Shown here piece after piece: positions 26,192 through 40,190 of a DNA stretch of 64,000 bases (its first letter is position 1; the number at the start of each line of letters is the position of its first letter). A model generated the notes under the pieces. It was not told the DNA's origin. It ran no database searches and saw nothing but the letters and a program-made list of their open reading frames with translations. A program made the position numbers and the translations under genes. Source of the stretch: Eledone cirrhosa (lineage: Eukaryota); assembly GCA_964016885.1 (NCBI GenBank), contig CAXHJY010001387.1, positions 90,469 to 154,468 of the forward strand, in the 5' to 3' direction.

Positions 26192-26670
26192 TTAAGCTTT
26201 ACCATAGATCATTGCGTTATTTACTGTAGAATACCCACTGAAGATCCTATGCCGATTCCCGGTTGATGATGCAACTGTCTGCTGGGATATACACTTATTT
26301 ACGTAACTGTTACTAGCAGTTTGGCTTTTAATGAAACTAGCGCTGTTTGGGGTTTATATTAATATTTTTATATTGTTAATGGCTGATTCGATTATCGATT
26401 GTTTGATACTAGTTGTATTAATTTCATTGACGACCATATTTAATTTATGGGATATATCAATAGTTTTGATATTTTTATTAGATGATTTGATGGTCGCTAA
26501 GTTGTTATTCATATTAATTTTTGTTGATAACTCTAATTAACTTGTTCAATATTGCCACTACACTTCTGATTCTGTTGTGAAGTAGTTTGTTACTGGATTC
26601 ATTTCAGTTAGCTTTGAGTAAAATGGTGTGAGGTATGGTGTTGAAGTACTGTGGCAATATGATTTTGTGA

Positions 26671-26739
<69 letters not shown>

Positions 26740-26740
<1 letters not shown>

Positions 26741-26931
26741 GTTATTCCGGGTTGAATCGGAGGTAACCACAGTAAGTAAGGTACTCGATACATTGCAGAG
26801 TATAAAAGTTTTAATATAGATGAGATTCTACAGGACTAGAACTGTTTCATTCTTTAGAAATCATCAGGAATCTCCTGATGATTTCTAAAGAATGAAACAG
26901 TTCTAGTCCTGTAGAATCTCATCTATATTAA

Positions 26932-26935
<4 letters not shown>
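26740..26935 (-). mobile_element. Palindromic mini-PLE with back-to-back hammerhead cores
   Basis: Perfect ~60-bp arms 26808-26935. Minus strand gagattc-CTGATGA-tttctaaagaat-GAAACAG..CTGTA^-gaatctc. Tail 26740-26807; (TA)n flanks. Confidence 0.85.
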
Positions 26936-27003
<68 letters not shown>

Positions 27004-27004
27004 A

Positions 27005-28707
27005 GATAAATCTACCAAAATATACGGTAGTGTCCAATCCGTATGAAGAACTCAATGTAATCCAAATATCACGAAAAGAGAAAATGTATTCAAAGTTTTT
27101 TCGATGAAAAACACAGGAAAACAGAGTCAAGATAAATTAATAAAAATAATGAATAAAAACAAACGGTCAAATTTTCCTACTCCACAACCAAAAATATACA
27201 ACAAAATATAAGTGCCTACAATGCATATAAATGTGATAAAAAAAAACATGAATATACCACCAACACATCAAACTAACCATAATACTAAAATAAACCACAG
27301 CAAACCACCATCTCATTCACATACAACAAGTCGAGAAAATTCCACACCTAATTTGATTAACTCCCCTGATATAACATTCACGAAAGGTTGTAACTGTAGA
27401 AACAAAGCAAATTGCCCATTAAAAGGAAATTGCCTTATTAATAACATAGTATATAAATGTAAAATTAGCACTAAGGACTCAACTTATTCATATATAGGAG
27501 CTACTTCTAACCAATTTAAAGTAAGATTTAATACCCACAAACACAGTTTTAAAAATGCCGCATTAGCTAATACAACATCTTTAGCTGAAATAATGAATAA
27601 TTATAGAAAAAAGAATATCGATTATAACCTGACCTGGAGTGTGCTCAAAAGGGCCACCCCTTATCAAAATAATAGATATGAATGTAGATTATGTTCCCAG
27701 GAACTTTTTGAAATAATGAAATCTAAGGATATCCTATTAAATAAGCGACAAGAATTAATTATATCGTGCAATCATAGAATTAGAAAAACTTTCAAAAGTT
27801 ATAAACCTAATTAAAATACACTTATATTTTACAAATTATTATAATTAATTTTTTTAAAATTAGTTAACCTATAATTAATATTCTACTACTAAGAACTGCA
27901 TAATTTTATTTCCCTTTTACAGCTATCTTTTCCTAAAATTTATACTATTTTAATTTCCTGTTCTGAATCTAAATTCCTTGTAATCTATATAAGTTTGTTA
28001 TTTCTCACAAATACATTTATCCCCCCCCCCCCAAAAAAAAAATTGTTTTCCTTCGTTTTTAACAACATTCTTTAATAACATCTAACTCTTATTTATCATA
28101 TCTATATGAATTAATATAAATTTATCCCTATAAATATACCTATCAATTAAATTAATTTAATTTCTTTTTATAGATCTAAATTCCTTATGTTTTAAATAAG
28201 ATTGATATTTTTCACTAACACATTTATCGTAAAATTTTATTCTCCTTAGATTTTAACATTAGAATTATTCTTTAATAACATCAAATTTTCGTGTACCTTT
28301 CACCGGATTGACCTATTTTCATCCCCAAAGTTATCTTTTCATTCAAAATACTCTTTCCATTCAAAACTGAAGTCTGCATTCCTCTACCCCTAAATTAAAT
28401 TTCTACTACTACTATTCTATCAACTTGACCACTTACTACTTTTTTATTGGTCAATTCAAAACCTGTTCCCAAACAGACCTATTATATTAAATCTTTGTTG
28501 GTTCTCTTCAATAAACAGATATCATTATTTCTGAAGACAGCATATATATGTGTAGGTATGTATATTCCCTCTGATAGTTTGTAACATTTTTACATAGATC
28601 TATATGATATACATACCAACACACACATATATATCCTAGAAACGATCGTAAAATGATGAATTTTTTAATATAAGGAACTGTTTCTTTGTTTTTATTCATT
28701 ATTTTTA

Positions 28708-28712
<5 letters not shown>
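27005..28712 (+). mobile_element. 5'-truncated Hydra-like PLE: GIY-YIG endonuclease + 3'UTR with hammerhead
   Basis: ORF 27212-27814: CNCRNKANCPLKGNC, IVY..YIG, FKVRFNTH, CRLCSQE, LNKRQEL..CNH. Ends in (TA)n. Confidence 0.88.
28521..28657 (+). ncRNA. Type I hammerhead with ~100-nt stem II
   Basis: attt-CTGAAGA..atatatatgtgtaggtatgtatat/atatacatacc..acacatatatat..GAAAC-GATC-GTA^-aaat. Confidence 0.7.
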
Positions 28713-28765
<53 letters not shown>

Positions 28766-28795
28766 TGTGTGTATATATATATATATGTATATGTA

Positions 28796-29305
<510 letters not shown>

Positions 29306-29307
<2 letters not shown>

Positions 29308-30128
29308 TAAATCATGTCCTTAGAATTATTAGATAGAATATATACCATTTCCTCTCCCAATTAGCATAATTAACCATATAAAAAATCAATTAGACCAAGC
29401 TATAAGAATAAAGGTTCCTATGAAGAAATTTCCGACAAATAACCGAAAGCGCCCTCTTCGCGGTGGCTCCAATAGAGTATTTATCCAACATTTCAACACC
29501 ATGTAGAAACTGACTAAATATACCGTCAACCATACACAATAGGTGTAAATTCAAACTTAGAAGAAATGTGTACATACCGTAATTATATCTCTACCATGGT
29601 TTCATCCGTATTTTTAGACATCCAATTAACAGGATATGTCCAGAGTATCGGATTCTTCAGGAGAAAAACTCAAAATTAGACATTTAGTTTTCCAAAGTGA
29701 TCGCGCCAAAAATAGATTCAAAAATGGCTAAGAATCGTGACGTGGCAGTGATCAAGTTAGAAAGAATGTGATTACTTGCTTACGGCGGGTAGGCTTGTTG
29801 CTATAAAGCGCAGCCCAATATCGCCCAATTGTATCTCAACCTGACGGGAGATTATTAAATATAAAGGTTTACATATACATAAAGTCATAGATATATATGT
29901 TGCAACCGGTCACGTTTTGGCTCAATGAAGAATTAATAAATTAAATAATCAGAGCAATATATCATAAATCATGTCCTTAGAATTATTAGATAAAATATAT
30001 ACCATTTCCTCTCCCAATTAGCATAATTAACCATATAAAAAAACAATTATACCAAACTATAAGAATAAAGGCTCCTATGATGAAGAAATTTCCGACAAAT
30101 AACCGAAAGCGGCCTCTTCGCGGTGGCC

Positions 30129-30130
<2 letters not shown>
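29306..30130 (-). mobile_element. Non-coding hammerhead tandem element, family F2 (657-bp unit x1.25)
   Basis: Direct repeat 29306/29963; (TA)n flanks; diverged homolog at ~50060-50402. Confidence 0.8.
29588..29664 (-). ncRNA. Type I hammerhead (F2), canonical core
   Basis: tctc-CTGAAGA-ATCCG..CGGAT-GAAAC-CATG-GTA^-gaga. Confidence 0.85.
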
Positions 30131-30219
<89 letters not shown>

Positions 30220-32501
30220 ACGAAGGAAATGTGGTAAGGAACCAGGTGGACCATAACGCACCAAAGTACTCAATACTTAGGGTAGTAGAGTGGGTAATAG
30301 GAACGAGTAGGACCCCGACGGCTGAGCTCAAGCCGTTTCGACGGCTAATTCTGGACTAAATGAAAATTTTTATCCTGGTATATGAATAGCCGAGCTTCTC
30401 AGGGGGTAATTCCATATATGGTAAAAGTGATTGTCACAAGTATTGGTCAAAAGTTTGTTGTTGAGACACATAATTCTATCATGGCAATTTGTGGAAGGAA
30501 GGGGTAGTTGAACCTGCCAGTAGAAGAAAGAGGGATAGGGGGTGGAGGAAACCCAGTCGTGCGTTGATAGTGCCAACTACAGCAGGGCAGGAGGTGAAGG
30601 AAGTATACTAGGGAGGGGGAGGGGGGAAATCGAAACAATAAGTAAAACAATATGGGGTAAATATATAGAAAAATACCGAGAACGTTAAAAAAAACAATTA
30701 AATATAAAGAAAACAACAAAAAAACAGCAATTTCTGGTTACTATAACCTAAGGACAGCTATCAAGTCTCTCACTGGTACTGCTAGACAAAAGAAAGGTTT
30801 ACTAGGTGGGACGGAATTATAATGAGACCCTTTTAAGAAGTATTAGTAATCAACCGAGTATATCTTACGGTGACGGGTCAACAAGTGCGGGGCCAAAATA
30901 CTAAAGAAACTACCACGAAATAATAACTCAGAGTCCCGAGACGAATACGAAATAATGGTTTCTACCCTAGGCACAAGGCCAGCAACCACCCAGTGCAAAA
31001 AATAAACTAATACGAAATAATAATTCAGAATCCCGAAAAGGAATACTAATACTATCTCTAAGGGTGCCGCTACGACACAAAAATTCTAGTGCAAACTACA
31101 TAAATGCTCGTACGAAGCCAACTCTTACACGGGAGGACGCCGTCCGTGCAATTTATGCTCGGAGGAAACTTTACAAATGCTGATTTCGACGGACCAACTC
31201 CTAAACAAGAAAGATGAACTGGTAACTGCATGCAAACACAGATTGCGTAGGACTTACCTCGCCCTCAAACCCCATAATGACCCGGGGGGGAGGGTAGACA
31301 AGGGCTATAACACCCCACTTGCCGACTTTGTAATGGGTAACCCCTGCTTGCAAAGGTAGACGTAAGATCTTCTTTTATATCTTTTTATCGCTTCCTCTAT
31401 ATTTCCTTCTTCCCCCCATCCCTCCCTAGTCCGTCCACCCCAGTCTTCTTTCTTTGTCGTCGTCCTTTTCACCTTCTCGCCCACCTGAGGTAGCCCCTCG
31501 GTCCTTTGTAGCCTCAGTACCCCCACCCCCTTCCCCTATTCTATGATAGAATTGGCCGACTCCGCTTTTTATAGCAGATGTGATAGACCCCGGATACTTG
31601 CCTTCTTATCCGATGGCTGCCCTTTTCCGTGCTTTCTACATTTCTTAGTGGTATCTTTGCTTTAATTTCTCGTATATCAGTATTTATTTTTATTTTTTTT
31701 TTGGGGGGGGGGGGGGGGATTCTGAATTAATTTTCCGTATCAAATTTTTCATATACTTCGTACGAGCATTTATGTAGTTTGCACTAGAATTTTTGTATCG
31801 TAGCGGCACCCTTAGAGATAGTATTAGTATTCTTTTTCGGGATTCTGAATTATTATTTCGTATTAGTCTCGGGACTGAATTATTATTTCGTGGTAGTTTC
31901 TTTAGTATTTTGGCCCCCCACTTGTTGACCCGTCACCGTAAGATATACTCGGTTGATTACTAATACCTCTTAAAAGGGTCTCATTATAATTCCGTCCCAC
32001 CTAGTAAACCTTTCTTTAATCTAGCAGTACCAGGGAGAGACTTGATAGCTGTCCTTAGGTTATAGTAACCTCAAATTGTTTTGTTTTTTTTGTTTTTTTT
32101 ATATTTAATTGTTTTTTAACATTCTCGGTATTTTTCTATATATTTACCCCATATTGTTTTTCTTATTGTTTCGACTTCCTCCCCCCCCTCCCTAGTATAC
32201 TTCCTTCACCTCCTGCCCTGCTGTAGTTGGCACTATCAACACACGACTGGGTTTCCTCCACCCCCTATCCCTCTTTCTTCTACTGGCAGGTTCAGCTACC
32301 CCTTCCTTCAACAAATTGCCATGATAGAATTACGTGTCTCAACAACAAACTTTTGACCAATACTTGTGACAATCACTTTTACCATATATAGAATTACCCC
32401 CTGAGAAGCTCGGCTATTCATATACCAGGATAAAAATGTTCATTTAGTCCAGAATTAGCCGTCGAAACGGCTTGAGCTCAGCAGTCGGGGTCCTACTCGT
32501 T

Positions 32502-32505
<4 letters not shown>
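30220..32505 (+). mobile_element. PLE with inverted arms (30220-31117 minus, 31118-32505 plus)
   Basis: 30297-31117 mirrors 31756-32505. Plus arm starts with CNLCSEE..LLNKKDEL..CKH. Hammerhead-like motif in each arm (32396-32491 plus). Confidence 0.85.
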
Positions 32506-32539
<34 letters not shown>

Positions 32540-32699
32540 AATAGTAAAAAGGAAAAGGATTTTTTCAGTAGAACATGCTGGAGAGATTCTTTCAGTATAA
32601 TATCAAAACATTTATTTATAAAGTGGATATTTCCGCATTTAATATACATACATACACACATTTATAGGTATGAAGGTTTATATATATATATATATATGT

Positions 32700-33229
32700 A
32701 TATACATACTGCTGTACGTCTGTATACATATATGTATGTACGTATACATACTTATATTTAAGTATCAGCCGTACTAAGAGTGAGAAATGAAATTTCATTT
32801 TTTCCATTTATCGTTTTCGGTATGCCCGGCCCACTAACTCACTCGATATGCAAATTAGGCTGCTCAGCCGTTAATATGCATAAGGAAAATATATACTTTC
32901 AAACGCTCAATCGACTGACAGGAAGGTATACGATGCTGATGACAGCTAATAAGCTAGAAACCAGTTCATCGTTCCTTTGTCAGTGTTGAACAAAAGAGCA
33001 ACGATGGTTGCCGAACACTGTACGGCTTAACTCGGGCTGTTTGTTTACACACAAACCGAACATTATAATAAATGTTCGGTAAACCCATACGTACATATAT
33101 ATATATGTGTGCATGTATGTATGTATATACATACTACTGTACGTCTGTATACATATATGTATGTACGTATACATACTTATATTTAAGTATCAGCCGTACT
33201 AAGAGTGAGAAATAAAATTTCATTTTTTC

Positions 33230-33230
<1 letters not shown>
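32700..33230 (+). mobile_element. ~425-bp hammerhead repeat, family F3 (retrozyme-like)
   Basis: Direct repeat period 425; homologous to 43212-44060. Confidence 0.8.
32914..32984 (+). ncRNA. Type I hammerhead with extended bulged stem I (F3); also 43466-43534 minus
   Basis: actgaca-ggaa-ggtata-cgatg-CTGATGA-C-AGCT-aata-AGCT-A-GAAAC-CA-GTT^-catcg-ttcc-tt-tgtcagt. Confidence 0.88.
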
Positions 33231-33323
<93 letters not shown>

Positions 33324-33391
33324 TGTGTGTGTGCGTGTGTGTGTGCGTGTGTGCGTGTGTGCGTGTGTGTGTATGTATATATGTATATATC

Positions 33392-33575
33392 CGTATGTGG
33401 TTGACGGCTGAAAGAATAGTACTCAATACCGAAGTAGGGTTTCATATTAATTTTATTAAGGCAAAATAGTGAGTCTTGTTACTCTGGAGTTTCGCCAGTT
33501 TATCTCAGGGTCATCAGGCATGAAACTTCAGAGTAAAACAAGATTCACTATTCAGCCTCAATAAAAGGAATATAT
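33392..33575 (-). mobile_element. Palindromic mini-PLE with hammerhead core; related fragment at 55797-55866
   Basis: CTGATGA..GAAACTC-CA-GAGTA; inverted arms; tail hairpin with TTCG loop at 33419-33442. Confidence 0.75.
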
Positions 33576-33602
33576 ATATACTGTGTATATACACACACAC
33601 AC

Positions 33603-33713
<111 letters not shown>

Positions 33714-33759
33714 TATATATACATATGTGTGTGTATGTGTGTGTTTGTATATATATATG

Positions 33760-34357
33760 TCAGGTCACCAGTTGGTGCTACTGGTAACATGTATCCCAGT
33801 ACAACCTGTCTCATGGTCGGGTCGTTGGCGACTAAACTGGCAACCCCACCAAGGTTTCTTGGTGAAGAGGGTGACTTTGGACATCCTGCAGGACTAAAAA
33901 CAAAACCTGTCAAAGAGCAAAGGAGCTCTTAAGAGTCAAAAATCACCGGGAGAGATGACCCCTTAGCCTTTGTCAAGGCAGAATTCTAGGAGAAGGAAAA
34001 CTCTGATATAACACCTGCAACCCTGATGGTATCCAATGATGTTGACTTGTTCTTCTTTTTGGTAAATATCATCTTGGTTAAGCGAGTGGGACTGGCTTTG
34101 TGCAGTGCCTTTGCTCACTATAAAAGCTTCACGACACAGGCTTTGCTTTATATCTGGAGATCTCTCTGCACTTGTCATCACATGGTACCATGGGCCCAGC
34201 ACTATGTATCAATGATTGTCACAAGTGTAGTGTTTGTACCAGAGTTTTAAAGTCGCTGGCTGGACTAAAAAGTCACACTCGTTCAGCGCATCGGTAGGGG
34301 CTCTCCTACATGGATATAAAGTAGTGGCCGTACTCGAAAACGAGTTGGCAGCCACCA
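33760..34357 (+). mobile_element. ~590-bp RTE-derived non-autonomous element, copy 2
   Basis: Reverse complement of 324-916. Confidence 0.8.
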
Positions 34358-34589
34358 TATATATGTGTATGTTGGTGTATATGTGTGTATGTACAGAAAC
34401 GTATACGCACACAACTACATTCTCTTGGATGTCACATCTTTATACATGTGCATACATATGTGTATGTATATACACTTATGTATGCACATAAGTGTATATA
34501 CTTCTTCGTGGTATGCATATACTCATGTATATGTGTGTGTGTATGCGTATGTGTGTGTACTTATATATGTGTGCATGCATGTGTTTGTA

Positions 34590-34905
34590 AAGGCGTGACT
34601 TAGTTGTTAGATGGTTCTGCTCATGATCGAACGGTTGTGAGTTCGAGTCAAGACTGCGTTGCTGTGTCCTTGGGCAAGACACTTTATTTTATGTTGTTTC
34701 CCTCAAATCAGCTAGCAATACTCAGGTGAACGTGTGATTTAAAGGTTAGTTTCGTCGCACAATGTGTGTCACTCAGAATCTCCCTGAGAGCTACGTTAAA
34801 GAAACTCGTGTCTGTGGAATGCTCAGCCACTTGCTTGTAAAATTTCACGTGCAGCCTGTTGTGTTGAACGCATTGTCTGGAACACTTGTTGACGAAACCA
34901 ACGAC
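34590..34905 (+). mobile_element. tRNA-derived SINE with CORE-like tgtgtccttgggcaagacactt block
   Basis: A/B boxes; 3' half matches 47298-47490. Confidence 0.7.
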
Positions 34906-35249
34906 AACACACACACACACACACATATCTATTATCAAACACACGTATGTGTCTGCATATATTTGAGGTTCAATGCATGCATGTATACACGTATACTTAT
35001 ATTATATATGTGTGTGCACTGCATGCATGCGTTTGTTTGCATATATTCAAGGCCGCATGCATAGATGTATACGCGTGTACACACACACATACACGCGCAC
35101 ACACACCCATACATACACGCACACACACACACACATATATATATATGAAGTGTATGTATGTGTGTGTTTGTATATATTTGAGATGGTATGTATTACGGAT
35201 ACATGCACACACATATATATTTATGCATGTATATAATTATATATATAAT

Positions 35250-36172
<923 letters not shown>

Positions 36173-36440
36173 CTAGCTTGTAACCACTACTGTACGGAAA
36201 TTTCCGAATATAATGTCATGTGTGCAAGGTTTTCTTTCAGGAAGTACTTTTGGTGAAATACCTTCTTTGTATTTATATATTCACACCAATACTTAGCAGA
36301 CGATGACCCTGGAGTTCTGTGTCTTTCGTTTGTATTTTTGTTTTTAATGAACCATGGTCATCAAAAACCAAAAACAAATCATAGCATAACAAGGTTGTTT
36401 GTTTGCAAACGAATCGAATATAATTATTATTCGAAATAGA

Positions 36441-36660
36441 AGGGCGGTGAATTGGCAGTATCGGTAGAGCGTCGGACGCCATACTTTGCAGCATAGAGTT
36501 ACTGCCCTTTACGGTCTGAGTTCAAACCCTGCTGAGGTTCACTTTGTCTTTCGTACTTACGGGGTCGATAAAATAAAGTACCAGTAACGTACTGGGATCG
36601 ATTTAATCGACTTTCCTCTCCCCCGAAATTACTGGCCTTGTGCCTATAGTAGAAATGATT
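36441..36660 (+). mobile_element. tRNA-derived SINE
   Basis: Family match. Confidence 0.85.
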
Positions 36661-36808
36661 ATTATTCGATATAGAACACATAAATACAATTTTTTAAAGT
36701 TTCCCTGAAAAAAAATTGTTTTTCGTTTTGCCTTGTTTTTGTTCGTTGTCTTGTCTTCTATTTGTTCATTTTCTTAAGTTTATCAATACTAATGTATCAA
36801 TACAAATG

Positions 36809-36852
<44 letters not shown>

Positions 36853-36883
36853 TGGGTGTGTGGGTGTGTGTGTGTGTGTGTGT

Positions 36884-37323
36884 GCCGGGTTCAATCGGGG
36901 GTAAACACAGTAAGTAAGGTACTCAATACACATATTACGAATTCTGTTGAATAGTCTTAAATACTGCAGCCTCCTGCCTAAGTTAATAGAAACAGTTAAA
37001 ATACATTTGTAGAGTACCGTATTTCGCGGCACCGAAGACGCTTCGTCCTCGAGGGCGCACCCTAATTTTGACAACCAAAAGTTTGAAAAAAAAAAAAAGA
37101 CAATGTTCGGCTTCCAAGACACATGGGAGATTTTTGAAACTTGTTTTAGGAAAAAAAGTAGCGTCTTCGACGATGGGAAATATGTTAAATGCAACAAAAT
37201 TTAATATAGAAATGGCTTCTACAGGACTGTTTCATTCGAAGGAAATCATCAGAAAAGCCCTAATGATTTTCTTTGAATGAAACAGTTTTAGTTCTGTAGA
37301 AGCCATTTCTATATTAAATTTTG

Positions 37324-37325
<2 letters not shown>
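36884..37325 (-). mobile_element. Palindromic mini-PLE (26740 family) interrupted by a MITE
   Basis: Tail matches 26745-26790; palindrome 37194-37325 with CTGATGA..GAAAC. Confidence 0.8.
37017..37185. mobile_element. Tc1/mariner-superfamily MITE
   Basis: TA|CCGTATTTC..GAAGACGC ... GCGTCTTC..GAAATATGT|TA. Confidence 0.7.
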
Positions 37326-37360
<35 letters not shown>

Positions 37361-37362
<2 letters not shown>

Positions 37363-37802
37363 TGTTGCCTCCCTTGCTGAACCCCACGTGGGGTCAGTTA
37401 CAGACACATCTATGTGGACATTCGAACTGAATCCCGTTGACAACGCGTACTCCCAGTTCGGTCAGAATACCAGATGCCTAACATCCTTTATGTAAGTGGA
37501 CAGTAAATGACTTATGGAGCCGCAGAAACCCAAATACTGGATTTTACCATCTCACCATGGGTCCGGGTAAATTTTCAACCATGTATATTTTTATATATTT
37601 TTATATTTGTATATCTGTTTGACCCGAATTAGGCGGTCGATTTTTCGCTGTGCGGGTGATTAGTTTAACCACCATCTCAGTGTGTTTGGCCTTTAACGTA
37701 AGTTGTAAGCTCTAATTCATATGAATTATCGAGCGCTTGCCACACAACTCGGAAGTGTTTTTTGTTATTCCTGAGCTGAAATTCGATTCTCGCTAATTTT
37801 TA

Positions 37803-37805
<3 letters not shown>
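37361..37805 (+). mobile_element. Diverged 5'-truncated F1 monomer with hammerhead (37433-37567)
   Basis: Shares ctcccttgctgaa, cgttgacaacg, cagaaaccca, tgggtccgggta, gctctaatt and the same 3' end at (TA)n. Confidence 0.8.
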
Positions 37806-37850
<45 letters not shown>

Positions 37851-37935
37851 GAACACACACAGAACACACACACAGAAACAAGATGGCGTAGGACAGAACA
37901 AAGGAGAGGCACAAAAACAAAGAAAAGAATCCCCA

Positions 37936-37978
37936 GTCACTGAAGAGGTCACAGAATGTGTGACGAAAGAACTTTGAC
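37936..37978 (+). ncRNA. Type I hammerhead in a short PLE-type fragment (~37870-38140)
   Basis: gtca-CTGAAGA-G-GTCACA-gaatg-TGTGAC-GAAAG-aa-CTT^-tgac. Confidence 0.8.
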
Positions 37979-38133
37979 AATATATAAACAACCATCTGGT
38001 TGTGCTGGTTGTGGAACCAACCAACCAACCGGAAATTTATAAATTCCTAAATTTATAAATTTATTATAATAAATTGAAGTGAAAGCAACTGGTGCGAGTG
38101 TTTCTTATTGGCAACATGACCCTCCCAAAGTAT

Positions 38134-38172
<39 letters not shown>

Positions 38173-38173
<1 letters not shown>

Positions 38174-39051
38174 CAACTAGAAATTGATTAACATATAAAT
38201 AAACATATGAAACAATCACAGGGGATAATTTTTACAAGTGTGTAAGCACACATAGCTAGGTAGGTAACTAAATAAAGTTAACTAGAACTTCAGAAATAGA
38301 TACCGTATAATATGATTAATCTTCCCTGTATATATTCCATTAAAGAAATATATTTCACCAATTAATCGAATGGTAAACGACGGAGGCCGATACTTGGATT
38401 TTCAACAAGGAAGCAGTCCAGCGATCTGTGTTTACGCATGAAGTTCAAATCAGCGACTGGCCAGTAACACGTGCTGTATCTACTAAAAATACACACATCA
38501 TACTAGCTTCGTCGCAGTGGCGTGAATAGGGTTATCGACAACTAGAAACAGCAGTCAAGTCCTTTGAAAAGAGTTAGCTCTACAATTAAGGAGCCGTATT
38601 TATATATCTATATCCAAAATTAAGATAAATCAAAATGAATTTAATCTAAATCAAAATTATGGGTGTCATGCCAGAAAGGCATGCACCATATCACCCGTAA
38701 AATAAGCTCCAAGATTCTAATGAATAGGTCCGAGCATTTTATAACAACTAGAAATTGATTAACATATAAATAAACATATGAAACAATCACAGGGGATAAT
38801 TTTTACAAGTGTGTAAGCACACATAGCTAGGTAAGTAACTAAATAAAGTTAACTAGAACTTCAGAAATAGATACCTTATAATATGATTAATCTTCCCTGT
38901 ATATATTCCATTAAAGAAATATATTTCACCAATTAATCGAATGGTAAACCACGGAGGCCGGTACGTGGATTCTCAACAAGGAAGAAGTCCAGCCATCTGT
39001 GTTTACGTATTACACCCATAATTTCGATTTCGATTAAATTTATCTTAATTT

Positions 39052-39055
<4 letters not shown>
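38173..39055 (-). mobile_element. Non-coding hammerhead tandem element, family F4 (571-bp unit x1.5, short terminal inversion)
   Basis: Direct repeat 38173/38744; 39010-39055 is an inverted piece of 38614-38667; (TA)n flanks; related fragment 43040-43150. Confidence 0.8.
38321..38413 (-). ncRNA. Type I hammerhead (F4) with U3-A8 core; second copy at 38892-38984
   Basis: cttccttg-TTGA(A/G)AA-T-CCA..TGG-T-GAA-ATATATTTC-tttaat-GGAATATAT-A^-cagggaag (8-bp stem I, 9-bp stem III). Confidence 0.8.
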
Positions 39056-39118
<63 letters not shown>

Positions 39119-39564
39119 GCGTGCTGATGTTGATGCCCATTTATCTTCGAGGGTTTATCCGCCCTGTTATTAAATTATTTCCTGTAGTCAAAAACACGGC
39201 GAAATCTACTAATTTAATTCAATTTCCATATATCTAATATATATTTGTGAAATGGGCGGTGGTTGAAATTCAGATGTGCACGGTTAAATGGTAGTAGACG
39301 TGGTCGGACTGACATGAAAATTTACACACCTATGTAAAAAGTGCCAAGGAAGCAAATAGACAAGGTTTCAAATCTCTAATTTGAAAAATGTGGTCCGTGG
39401 AGCCCCAAAACTATCGCATTCGGTGAGTTATTTCCCCCTGTTCTAATACTTTTGTCTTATTTACAATTTCATCATCCTTCTACATTTAACGATCATACAG
39501 TACCGTTTTATGAAATCGATTCTGCAGTACGGTCACTGTTTTCTATCAAAAGAAATAAAACCCT

Positions 39565-40142
39565 TGGCGATACTTGGTTTTAGTGTCCTAAATTATCATC
39601 ATCGACATTCAATTATTAGCTCCACCCACTACACGATACGTCACGAAAGTAAATGTTTCGAAAAAATGTTAAACTGTATATCGCAACAATATATTGTTTA
39701 AAGACATTTTTTTTCTGCTGTTAAAAACAGTAAATCTGTTTTTAAAAAAATGTATTTCGCAGCAATTTTTTTTCTGTTAAAAACTGTAAATAAATATTCA
39801 TGTAAAAATGAAGCATAGTGTTTCGGTTTAAAACTTAAAAACTGTAAATAAATATTCATGTAAAAATGAAGCATAATTTTTCTGTGAAAAACTGTAAATA
39901 AATATTTATTTTGTTCAAAAATTAAATCAAAAATCTAATTTTCTCTGTTAATATTTTAATAAATATTTATTCTAAAAATTCAATGTTTTTTCAAGTAAAA
40001 ATGAAGCATGTAAGAAAATGAACATGTAAAAATCAAGCAGCAGCAGTAGCTGATGACGTGTCGTGACGTATCGTGTAGTGAGTGGAGCTAATAATTGAAT
40101 ATCGATGATGATAATTTAGGACACTAAAACCAAGTATCGCCA
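39565..40142. mobile_element. Unclassified TIR element, ~82-bp TIRs (TGGCGATACTTGG), 6-bp TSD AACCCT
   Basis: AACCCT|TGGCGATAC...GTATCGCCA|AACCCT; internal AT-rich tandem repeats. Confidence 0.8.
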
Positions 40143-40190
40143 AACCCTTAAATTGCGAAGAAGATACGCGTGTTTTTATTTTAATTCTAA

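Noticed and set aside
26200-26640. Possible host exon on the minus strand (ELSTKINMNNN..)
   Set aside because: Internal stops, no recognisable domain, no clear splice pair.
29415-29455. Plus-strand hammerhead-like ATGAAGA..GAAAG
   Set aside because: Stems do not pair; the real motif is on the minus strand at 29588-29664.
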